From contig CAYOUG010000001.1 in the NCBI GenBank assembly GCA_964407105.1, forward strand, positions 230,273-284,280: DNA of 54,008 nt, given 5' to 3'. Numbering within the stretch: the stretch's first letter is position 1; each line of letters begins with the position of its first letter. The notes below the pieces were generated by a model. That model did not search any database. It was not told the DNA's origin and was given only the letters and a program-made list of their open reading frames with translations. The DNA is from an uncultured Candidatus Saccharibacteria bacterium (GTDB lineage Bacteria > Patescibacteriota > Minisyncoccia > Phycocordibacterales > CALRHW01). Below, piece after piece: positions 45,429 to 54,008 of the stretch. The position numbers and the translations under genes were made by a program.

Positions 45429-47426
45429 ATGAATAAAGATATTAAACAGTCGTGGTTTTCACAAATTGCTCAATACGTGATGTACGTTTTTTTTGTTTTA
45501 TTTCCTTTTACTAATACCTCATATTTTTTGTATGGAGGCACCTCCGTAAGATCTATTGCACTGATATTGATAATGGACATTTTAATGGTTCTTTTTGCCG
45601 TGTGGATATTTAAAAAAGATCAAAACATAACTATTCCAAAATCATGGATTTTTTTGTCTTTGGTTATTTATTTTGTTTCCATGACGATATCTAGTTTTTT
45701 TGGTTTAAATTTTTCTGTCTCATTTTGGTCCGCGGTTACTCGCACATCTGGGCTATGGTATCTTTTTCATCTCGGTGCATTTTTGTATGTGTTGTGGATT
45801 CTTTTATCAAATCCAAAAAGACACAACACTTTTATTTTGCTAATTATTGCTTCAACATCATTATTTTCATTACTAGCCTTTTTTGGTCCAGAGGGTTTGG
45901 GTTGGCTTTTTAAGGGTTATAAAAGTGATGGATTTACTTTTGGAAACTCTTCTTTTGCGGCGATGTATATTTTCGGTGCATTTCTCTTGTCTCTTTATTA
46001 TATTTTTCAAGCCGAAAGTAAAAAGTGGTGGATGTATGTTTTCCCTTTGTTACTAATTATTAATCCATATGTAATAGATAACCATATTTGGTTTGGAGAT
46101 TTTTCTAGAATTATAGGAGAAGCTAGACTTTCTACTTTTGTAATGGTTTTAGCGACAGTTGGGCTTTTGATGTTTTGGCTCATTTCTAAAATAAAAAATA
46201 AAAAAACATTTTCTAAAGTATCTTACGGTGTTTTTGGTGTTTATGTAATTGGTGTGGTAATTTGTTCTATTTCACTGCTTTCTTCTGATGGTTTTTTAAG
46301 AAAAGAATATTTGAATCAAGCTACCGCGGCGCGTCCACTCGTGTGGGCAATTTCTGAAAAAGCAATTTCAGATCGTCCACTTTTGGGTTGGGGATCAGAT
46401 AATTTTGAGCGAGTATTTGAAAAATATTACGATAATCGTTTGCTTGAAGAAACGTATGGAAGTGAGGCGTGGTTTGATAGATCACACAATATTTTTCTAG
46501 AACAAATAGTTAACAATGGATTTATTGGCCTCACTTTCTATTTATTGGTGTATATTGTTATTTTAATTTCTCTTTTGTATGTTTTTGTAAACACAACAGA
46601 TAAAAAAGATAGAATTTTTGCTTCAATACTTTTTGTATATTTTTCCCTTCATCTTGCTGAATTACAAACTGTATTTGATACAACGATTTCTTATACCATG
46701 CTTGGCTTTATGTTTGTGTCGGCTGTGGTTTTGTATGGGCGTACACGTGCACAAAAAACAGGTAAATCACAAGAAATAGTTATCGGTGGCATACCGAAAT
46801 ATATAATTTCTGTTGCGGTAATCTTTTTTTGCTTTTGGTCACTTGTGTGGGGAGTAATTCCATTTGTTCGCGCACAAAATGTAAATGGGTATATTAGAAC
46901 TATTGGTTTTGCAGAAAAACGTATACCTTTTTATCCCGTATTGTTTTCTTCCCCCGTCGATTTACATGCTTTCTTGTGGAGAACTTCTACAGATTTTGAG
47001 CGTGGGATATCAGAGAATCCAAAAATATTAACAGACGGCACAAAGGTTACAAACTTAAAAAAAGAGGTGCTGATTTTTGAAAATGAGTACCGCCTTTTTG
47101 TAGCAAATAACCCAACACACTTTAGAGCAAAATTAAGTTTTGCAGATATTCTTATATACCAAGCTCTTTTTGGAGAAAATAAACTAGAGGAAGCACAAAA
47201 GGTTCTTGATGAAGCCATTGTTCTTGTGCCCACAAGTCCACAGCCATATTGGATGAAAGCGGTAGCTTATCTTTATATGAAAAAATTTGATTTGGCGAAG
47301 GAAAATGCTAAAAAAGGTTTAGCTATAAATCCAAACATAGAATATAGCAAGATGATACTAGAATATGTTGAATCATCAATCAAAACATTTCCAGAAATTA
47401 ATCTGTTCTTTTTCAGACTTATTTAA
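45429..47426 (+). CDS. O-antigen-ligase-like (Wzy_C / O-oligosaccharyltransferase-like) membrane protein with C-terminal TPR
   Basis: Many TMs; ARPLVWAISEKAISDRPLLGWGSDNF, FDRSHNIFLEQIVNNGFIG; TPR-like EEAQKVLDEAIVLVP...YWMKAVAY. Confidence 0.88.
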   Translation: MNKDIKQSWFSQIAQYVMYVFFVLFPFTNTSYFLYGGTSVRSIALILIMDILMVLFAVWIFKKDQNITIPKSWIFLSLVIYFVSMTISSFFGLNFSVSFWSAVTRTSGLWYLFHLGAFLYVLWILLSNPKRHNTFILLIIASTSLFSLLAFFGPEGLGWLFKGYKSDGFTFGNSSFAAMYIFGAFLLSLYYIFQAESKKWWMYVFPLLLIINPYVIDNHIWFGDFSRIIGEARLSTFVMVLATVGLLMFWLISKIKNKKTFSKVSYGVFGVYVIGVVICSISLLSSDGFLRKEYLNQATAARPLVWAISEKAISDRPLLGWGSDNFERVFEKYYDNRLLEETYGSEAWFDRSHNIFLEQIVNNGFIGLTFYLLVYIVILISLLYVFVNTTDKKDRIFASILFVYFSLHLAELQTVFDTTISYTMLGFMFVSAVVLYGRTRAQKTGKSQEIVIGGIPKYIISVAVIFFCFWSLVWGVIPFVRAQNVNGYIRTIGFAEKRIPFYPVLFSSPVDLHAFLWRTSTDFERGISENPKILTDGTKVTNLKKEVLIFENEYRLFVANNPTHFRAKLSFADILIYQALFGENKLEEAQKVLDEAIVLVPTSPQPYWMKAVAYLYMKKFDLAKENAKKGLAINPNIEYSKMILEYVESSIKTFPEINLFFFRLI

Positions 47427-47452
47427 ATATTAAGTCGTGGTAAAGTATATAT

Positions 47453-47674
47453 ATGCTTAAATACTTCGATAAAACATTCTTTAAATTTCTTGTTGGTTTT
47501 GTGAGTGTGCTTGCTATTAGTTTTTCTATTATGATCATTACCAATTATCTTGCAAAATATTATTATCAAGATTTAAGTGCAAATTCTGCTAGTGTTTTTA
47601 ATGATATGTATAGTTCTATAGAATTTTCAGCAGATGATGTAGCGACAGTTCAGAATGCTTCATTGGGACGTTAA
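47453..47674 (+). CDS. Small single-TM hypothetical protein
   Basis: KTFFKFLVGFVSVLAISFSIMII; TGG-TAAAGT 6 nt upstream of ATG. Confidence 0.5.
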   Translation: MLKYFDKTFFKFLVGFVSVLAISFSIMIITNYLAKYYYQDLSANSASVFNDMYSSIEFSADDVATVQNASLGR

Positions 47675-47731
47675 AAAAGTATTACGTTTTTTTGTTGACA
47701 CTAACACCTTCTCCTGATAACATCTCTCTCA

Positions 47732-47786
47732 TAAGGTCAAAGACAATAGGCAAACAATAAGCCCTATCGAGACACTCTTTACCTTG
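47732..47786 (+). promoter_or_regulatory. L10 leader (ribosomal protein autoregulatory RNA)
   Basis: AAGGT...AAAGACAATAGG-CAAACAATAAG-CCCTATCGAGAC...ACCTT upstream of rplJ, matching the AGAC..AGG..CCU..GAGA layout; TTGACA-N17-TAACAT promoter upstream. Confidence 0.6.
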
Positions 47787-47840
47787 TGGGTCGATGTTCG
47801 TTTACTAAGAAATATATACAAGTATTTAGTACTTGATGTT

Positions 47841-48335
47841 ATGGCTATATCAAAACAAAAGAAAAAAGAAGTTCTGGACAATCTCTCAGGGATTGTAAAA
47901 GACTCTGCGTCGGTGGTGTTTGTAAACTTTCACGGCTTGCCGATGAATGATACAACGACACTTCGAAAAGCACTTCACGAAAAAGAAGTAGGGTATACAG
48001 TTGCTAAAAAAACGCTTACTCGAAAAGTTTTTAGTGAAGCGAAAATAGAAGGAGAAATGCCGGAGCTTACGGGGGAGCTTGCTGTGGTGTATGGAAAAGA
48101 TATGGTAGCACCAGCTCGTGAGATCTATGCATTTCAAAAGAAATTTGATAATAAAATATCTATTCTTGGTGGTGTTTTTGAGGGAAAATATATGGACAAA
48201 GCAGGTATGCTTGCTGTTGCACAAATTCCTTCTCTTGATGTACTACGTGGAATGTTTGTAAATATTATCAATTCACCAATTCAAAGATTGGTAGTGTCTC
48301 TATCTGAGATAGCAAAAAAAAGCATAATTAATTAA
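47841..48335 (+). CDS. rplJ: 50S ribosomal protein L10
   Basis: [38 protein letters not shown]. Confidence 0.96.
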   Translation: MAISKQKKKEVLDNLSGIVKDSASVVFVNFHGLPMNDTTTLRKALHEKEVGYTVAKKTLTRKVFSEAKIEGEMPELTGELAVVYGKDMVAPAREIYAFQKKFDNKISILGGVFEGKYMDKAGMLAVAQIPSLDVLRGMFVNIINSPIQRLVVSLSEIAKKSIIN

Positions 48336-48349
48336 ATAATTTTATTAAC

Positions 48350-48739
48350 ATGGAAGAAACAAAAGTTGAAGTTCCTGCAAAATTCAAAAGCATTGTAGAA
48401 AATATCGAAACGATGTCTGTTCTTGATTTGCATGAGCTTGTGAAAGTGTTTGAGGCAAAGTTTGGTGTTTCAGCGTCAGCAGTAGCGGCTCCCGCAGCTG
48501 GTGCGGCGGCAGGTGCTGCAGAAGAGAAGTCTTCATTTAATGTACACCTTGTAGACAGCGGTGCTCAAAAGATTGCTGTTATAAAAGTTGTAAAAGAAGT
48601 TCTCGGTCTTGGTCTAAAGGAAGCAAAGGATCTTGTGGATGCGGCTCCTTCTGTACTTAAGGAGGGAATGAAAAAAGAAGATGCCGATGCTTTCAAAAAG
48701 AAAGTTGAAGAGGCTGGTGGAAAGGTGGAGTTGAAATAA
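48350..48739 (+). CDS. rplL: 50S ribosomal protein L7/L12
   Basis: [47 protein letters not shown]. Confidence 0.98.
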   Translation: MEETKVEVPAKFKSIVENIETMSVLDLHELVKVFEAKFGVSASAVAAPAAGAAAGAAEEKSSFNVHLVDSGAQKIAVIKVVKEVLGLGLKEAKDLVDAAPSVLKEGMKKEDADAFKKKVEEAGGKVELK

Positions 48740-48749
48740 GGTTATATAG

Positions 48750-48865
48750 AAAACAAAACAAAAACACCTTGGAAAGGGTACGGATTTTTTGAAGCTTAAA
48801 AAATCCTGAAGCTCTCGCGCCGTCGCGCTCGAGACCCCCTTTCCAAGGTGTTTTTGTTTTGTTTT
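48750..48865 (-). repeat. Palindromic dispersed element, copy 4 (inverted, identical to copy 3 over ~105 bp)
   Basis: AAAACAAAACAAAAACACCTTGGAAA [core 48776-48839] TTTCCAAGGTGTTTTTGTTTTGTTTT. Confidence 0.95.
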
Positions 48866-48908
48866 ATTTTGCTTTTCCTTTATTTTCTATGGTATATACT
48901 TATCCATC

Positions 48909-49529
48909 ATGGATATTTTAGAAAAAATTTTTGGCAGTACGACAAAAGTACGTCTTATGCGTTTGTTTATGTTTAATCCAAACAGTATTTTTGATCTTGT
49001 AGAAATTGCTGAACGTACAGACACATCTCCTCGGACCATAAAAAATGAAATATTTAATCTTCACAAAATAGGTCTTATTAAAAGCAGATCCTTTTTAAAG
49101 GAAATTACCTCAAAACAAGGCAAAAAATTGGTGGTTACTAAGAAAAAGACATCCGGCTGGATTTTGGATCCTCGTTTCCAATATCTCAAACCACTTCAAG
49201 ATTTTTTAGTTTACATGAATCCATTTCGTCACAATGAACTTGTAGACAAACTTCGCAAGGTGGGGAATATTAAATTTCTTGTTATTTCTGGTGTGTTTAT
49301 TCAAGAGTGGGAAAGTCGTGCCGATTTATTTATTGTTGGTGATAATTTAAAAAAGAGCCAGCTCGATTCTGTTATTCACTCACTTGAATCAGAGCTCGGA
49401 AAAGAACTTAAATATGTTGCTCTCGAAACCGAAGATTTTCGTTATCGTTTAAATATGTGCGACAAGCTTATAAGTGACGTATTAGATTTTCCTCACGAAA
49501 AAGTGATCAACAGAATAGGTGTCGAATAG
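48909..49529 (+). CDS. Winged-HTH protein fused to a degenerate nucleotidyltransferase-like domain
   Basis: IFGSTTKVRLMRLF...EIAERTD...KNEIFNLHKIGLI; C-terminal FLVISGVF...ADLFIVGD. Confidence 0.65.
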   Translation: MDILEKIFGSTTKVRLMRLFMFNPNSIFDLVEIAERTDTSPRTIKNEIFNLHKIGLIKSRSFLKEITSKQGKKLVVTKKKTSGWILDPRFQYLKPLQDFLVYMNPFRHNELVDKLRKVGNIKFLVISGVFIQEWESRADLFIVGDNLKKSQLDSVIHSLESELGKELKYVALETEDFRYRLNMCDKLISDVLDFPHEKVINRIGVE

Positions 49530-49532
49530 CTG

Positions 49533-49541
49533 TTATCCACA
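49533..49541 (+). promoter_or_regulatory. Single consensus DnaA box
   Basis: TTATCCACA in intergenic DNA upstream of a TGA-TATAAT promoter. Confidence 0.45.
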
Positions 49542-49685
49542 GAATTTTAAAGCTATAGAGAGTTATTCTGAAGTGCGTGATATAATCAGAGAGGACGTAT
49601 TAAAGGTCTTTATTGATTAATTTTAGTAGTTAATGCCGTGCGTAATGCGCACCGCCCGCCTGGAAAGCCAGGCATATGTAAAACC

Positions 49686-50375
49686 ATGACGTTTGATACA
49701 TGGACAACAGGACTCAGTCAGTCATTCTTTAGCTTGTGGAATGGTGTTATAGTTTTTCTACCAAACCTTGTAGTGGCTCTTCTTATTATCATCATTGGAT
49801 GGGTTGTAGGATCATTATTGGGCCGTTTCGTTAGCCAAATTATTAAGTCGATTCGTGTAGACGAAGCACTTGCAAAAGCAGGAGTGGAGGATGTACTTCG
49901 ACGAGGAGGCGTGCGTTTGAATATCGGAAAGTTTATCGGAACACTAATAGAATGGTTTGTTATTCTAGTGTTTCTTATCGCGGCGTTTGACGTACTTGGC
50001 CTTACTCAGGTTAATGTGTTCTTGTACAACGTAGTATTACTCTATTTGCCAAATGTAATCGTGGCAGTACTTGTACTTTTGCTTGCTGCAGTTATTGGTG
50101 ATGTAATGCAAAAAATTGTAGTTACATCAGCTCGCACAGCAGAATTTCGATCAGCACACCTTCTTGGAACAGTAACACGATGGACCATTTGGATTTTCGG
50201 TCTTCTTGTGGCACTTTCTCAGCTTGGTATTGCTCAGTCGTTTATTCAAACAATCTTTACAGGAGTAGTGGTAGCACTTTCTCTTGCACTCGGACTTTCA
50301 TTCGGTCTTGGTGGTCAGGATGCAGCAGCTCGCTTCATTGAAAAGACTCGACAAGAAATTACAAACAAAGACTAA
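49686..50375 (+). CDS. Conserved TM-helix-repeat protein (MscS-associated/CmpX-like)
   Basis: Two repeats FLPNLVVALLIIIIGWVVG and YLPNVIVAVLVLLLAAVIG; end GLSFGLGGQD; start re-set to ATG 49686. Confidence 0.85.
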   Translation: MTFDTWTTGLSQSFFSLWNGVIVFLPNLVVALLIIIIGWVVGSLLGRFVSQIIKSIRVDEALAKAGVEDVLRRGGVRLNIGKFIGTLIEWFVILVFLIAAFDVLGLTQVNVFLYNVVLLYLPNVIVAVLVLLLAAVIGDVMQKIVVTSARTAEFRSAHLLGTVTRWTIWIFGLLVALSQLGIAQSFIQTIFTGVVVALSLALGLSFGLGGQDAAARFIEKTRQEITNKD

Positions 50376-50400
50376 TAAAAGTTTGTTGTGTGATGCAAAA

Positions 50401-50422
50401 GACACCCGAAGGGGTGTTTTTT
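50401..50422 (+). terminator. Intrinsic terminator
   Basis: GACACCC-GAA-GGGGTGTT-TTTT. Confidence 0.75.
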
Positions 50423-50435
50423 GTTGGACTGTAAA

Positions 50436-50532
50436 GTAAAAAATAAAAAGCAAAAGACAAAAAGAGTCTTTCACTAAAGCGCTTCGCTAACCCGTTCAAG
50501 ACTCTTTTTGTCTTTTGCTTTTTATTTTTTAC
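50436..50532. repeat. 35-bp perfect inverted repeat around a 27-bp core
   Basis: GTAAAAAATAAAAAGCAAAAGACAAAAAGAGTCTT [TCACTAAAGCGCTTCGCTAACCCGTTC] AAGACTCTTTTTGTCTTTTGCTTTTTATTTTTTAC. Confidence 0.9.
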
Positions 50533-50666
50533 TCCCCACTTTTCAGTTGTTCACAACTTTTTTAACAAAACTTTAGACTTTCTTGAAGTCATTTTTTTCA
50601 TAATAAACAGAGATGAGTGGCGTGTGCTACTCACATGTTCTTTGGCTATCTCAATAGGAGACGACC

Positions 50667-51734
50667 ATGATTGTTTCTCTCATGTTTTTCGTTGTACAAA
50701 GTGTTTCTGTGGAAGTACCACGTTACACAGTGGTAGATTTGGGGGTGTTGCCAGCTCACTCAAGCTCGCACGCATTTTCTGTGAATGATAATGGTGTGGT
50801 GGTGGGTGAATGTACGCATGATTTTGTGATGCAGACACCGTGCGTGTGGACATACGACGGGCGGGTGTGGAATGTACAAGCTGCTGGTTGTTGTGATGAG
50901 GGAGTGGCGGTGTCGGTAGCTTCGTCACGGTGCACTGTAATGGAATGTGGTGATGGTGCAATGCTTCAAGCGGAAAATACTTGTGTGAATGTGGATGGTT
51001 TGGGTGGACCTTTCAGTGCACCATATGCAGTGAATGCTTTTGGAACCGTTGTGGGGTATTCACTCACAGCACAATACCAGGGTCATGCATTTTTGTGGAA
51101 GAGTGGAGGTGCGACAGGGGGTGCTAAAACGATCGATCTTTTTCCTGATGCGGATTTTAGTATTGCCACAGATATTAATAACGCGGGAATTGTTGTGGGA
51201 TTGTTTCAAAATATTCTTGGCAACAGTGTGGCGTTTGTGCGCGCCGACGACGGTGTGGTGGTAGCACTGCCGACGCTCGGCGGCGCGCATGCATCCGCAT
51301 CTGCGATTAATGTTGGTGGAAATGTGGTGGGTTCGGCGCGCACTTCTGGGGGAAATACACATGCGTGTGTGTGGCGCCGCGCCACCGAGGGTGGGGCTTG
51401 GGCCGTGCATGATCTCGCGGCGCCACCCTCCGCTCCCGTTTTTTATAACACCACAAGTGAGGCGTATGATATCAACGATCGTGACGAAATTATCGGCGCC
51501 GTCGCTGTCGGCGCCTCAATGCACCCCTTCATTTGGACAAGCAGCACAGGAATGTTCGAGCTTCAAAACCTCATTATTCCGGATCCAAAAAACCCCTCAC
51601 TATCACTTGCATCTGTCCGTCTCATTCGGGTCACTTCTATCAACAATCACGGAGAAATTGTGGGCTGGGGTGTTGTTGGTGGGGACCAAACCGAGCACGC
51701 CGTTCTTTTGATTCCCGTTCGAAATATTCAATAA
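50667..51734 (+). CDS. Extracellular HAF-repeat (beta-propeller-like) protein
   Basis: YTVVDLGVL, repeated A..VNxxGxVVG...HAFLW/HACVW/HPFIW units; AGGAG SD. Confidence 0.85.
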   Translation: MIVSLMFFVVQSVSVEVPRYTVVDLGVLPAHSSSHAFSVNDNGVVVGECTHDFVMQTPCVWTYDGRVWNVQAAGCCDEGVAVSVASSRCTVMECGDGAMLQAENTCVNVDGLGGPFSAPYAVNAFGTVVGYSLTAQYQGHAFLWKSGGATGGAKTIDLFPDADFSIATDINNAGIVVGLFQNILGNSVAFVRADDGVVVALPTLGGAHASASAINVGGNVVGSARTSGGNTHACVWRRATEGGAWAVHDLAAPPSAPVFYNTTSEAYDINDRDEIIGAVAVGASMHPFIWTSSTGMFELQNLIIPDPKNPSLSLASVRLIRVTSINNHGEIVGWGVVGGDQTEHAVLLIPVRNIQ

Positions 51735-51812
51735 CTTTTTGAGCCCAACACGTGTTGGGCTTTTATTGTTAAACAAAAGATGTTGTGATATGTTTTTTAT
51801 CGGAGGTTATAT

Positions 51813-52259
51813 ATGTCGCAGAACAAAAAACGAAAATCTTCTTCAGGATCGCAGAAGGATGAGGTCGACAGAGATTCGCAAGCTCCCAAAAACCCACCGT
51901 TTCTCACAGACAAGCAGTATGAAGCAATCGAAAAATTGTTGCCGAGTCTGCTGTATACACCGATGTCTGTGCCGATGGAATCGAACGCATCGTCCACGTT
52001 CTTCAGTCGTCTTCACGATGATCATGAAGGAACGTGGACAGGCTCGCTTGTGGTGGGTACGTCGACAGATGGCGATATGTGGATTCGAACTACGGTACCA
52101 GAAAACGTGCCGTTAGGAATGTTGCGTTTTAGATGTCCACTTAATGGTGGAGGAATGAGTCATCGAACACACGTTGCGCTTCGACTTCTGTATCTTGCGA
52201 TTCTTGAAGATAATCGAACGCACCCTATCGTTGCACCAACTGGAAAGACAATCAAATGA
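51813..52259 (+). CDS. Hypothetical protein (ORFan, possibly phage-derived family)
   Basis: GGAGG SD; motif RLHDD...DGDMW...LRFR...GGGMS.RT..AL..L..AI.EDN. Confidence 0.65.
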   Translation: MSQNKKRKSSSGSQKDEVDRDSQAPKNPPFLTDKQYEAIEKLLPSLLYTPMSVPMESNASSTFFSRLHDDHEGTWTGSLVVGTSTDGDMWIRTTVPENVPLGMLRFRCPLNGGGMSHRTHVALRLLYLAILEDNRTHPIVAPTGKTIK

Positions 52260-52280
52260 ATGTGTGGCAACGACACATTC

Positions 52281-52316
52281 AAAACCGGTACAGTACTCAA
52301 ATGCTGTACCGGTTTT
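52281..52316 (+). terminator. Hairpin/terminator after ORFan
   Basis: AAAACCGGTACAG...CTGTACCGGTTTT. Confidence 0.7.
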
Positions 52317-52369
52317 GTTCTGTTTTTTGCTTCTTTTTTACATCATTTCTTACTCACACTCTATCTTAT

Positions 52370-52397
52370 TTGACAGAAAAATAGATATCTATATACT
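52370..52397 (+). promoter_or_regulatory. Sigma70 promoter upstream of 23S rRNA leader
   Basis: TTGACA-N16-TATACT. Confidence 0.6.
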
Positions 52398-52809
52398 GTT
52401 ATTTATCTCTGATATGTATACATTACTTAATCCTTCAACAAAGCGGAAACGATAACGTTTTTTAAACTGTTGTCGCAAGCCGCCTTCAAGCGGTTTTTTT
52501 GTTAAAATCGCAAAGAATTAAGAAAAGTGCAGAATCAGAAAGTCATTTGTAAAATATCACGACGGTCGTTAGATTTTTGTGATCATGTTATTTCACATCC
52601 GTTTTCTGAGGTCTTAGTGATGTGAAAATAATCGTACGTATTGCGTTGATAGTATCAGCGTGATGCGTGCAGTTTGTTGTGATCGAAAACAGCAAACTTA
52701 AAAACAGAAAAAATCTTTGTTATGTGTGATCTTGATTACATGTAACAGAGTAAAAAGAATTATCGCTCGTTGTAAGCGAGCGATAAAGATTGTGGTTTTT
52801 AAATTTCCT

Positions 52810-54008
<1,199 letters not shown>

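Noticed and set aside
13616-48865. Repeated 64-bp unit as a CRISPR repeat
   Set aside because: Copies are kilobases apart, not in a repeat-spacer array, and no cas genes are present
42818-49541. DnaA boxes (TTATCCCCA 42818, TTATCCACA 49533) as oriC
   Set aside because: Isolated single boxes, no cluster, no dnaA/dnaN in the window
49652-49673. CCGCCCGCCTGG as a ZTP (pfl) riboswitch 3' element
   Set aside because: The required upstream GACUGGCG-containing P1/pseudoknot partner is not present

Overview
54-kb stretch of an AT-rich, reduced bacterial chromosome with the gene content of a Patescibacteria/CPR (Parcubacteria-like) genome. The taxonomy is inferred from gene content (pilM/N/O-like block, DUF5652, SWIB protein, homodimeric GlyRS, type-2 IleRS, PG-binding surface proteins). 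The code is standard code 11, since UGA is used as a stop. Most genes are housekeeping and lie on the + strand: translation, aminoacyl-tRNA synthetases, five tRNAs, a folate/thymidylate island, recA/ftsK, an S-layer-like gene with an adjacent O-ligase-like gene, and the 5' ~1.2 kb of a 23S rRNA with no 16S upstream. Single ORFan genes with their own promoter, SD and terminator are scattered between them. Most interesting observations: (1) a dispersed family of palindromic elements with a 63-64 bp two-hairpin core inside long, often copy-specific, inverted repeats, and no transposase in view; (2) a thymidylate island with a divergent ThyA, a nucleotidyltransferase, a deaminase with a nucleotidyltransferase-like N-terminus and a HxHxQ HIT enzyme, possibly a non-canonical dTMP/nucleotide-salvage route; (3) a motif-intact histidine phosphatase domain inserted in IleRS; (4) many apparently leaderless housekeeping genes versus SD-led ORFans; (5) a ~550-nt structured leader before the S-layer gene; (6) rplK without rplA, and an unlinked 23S rRNA. 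All family assignments are by eye from motifs; no searches were run.
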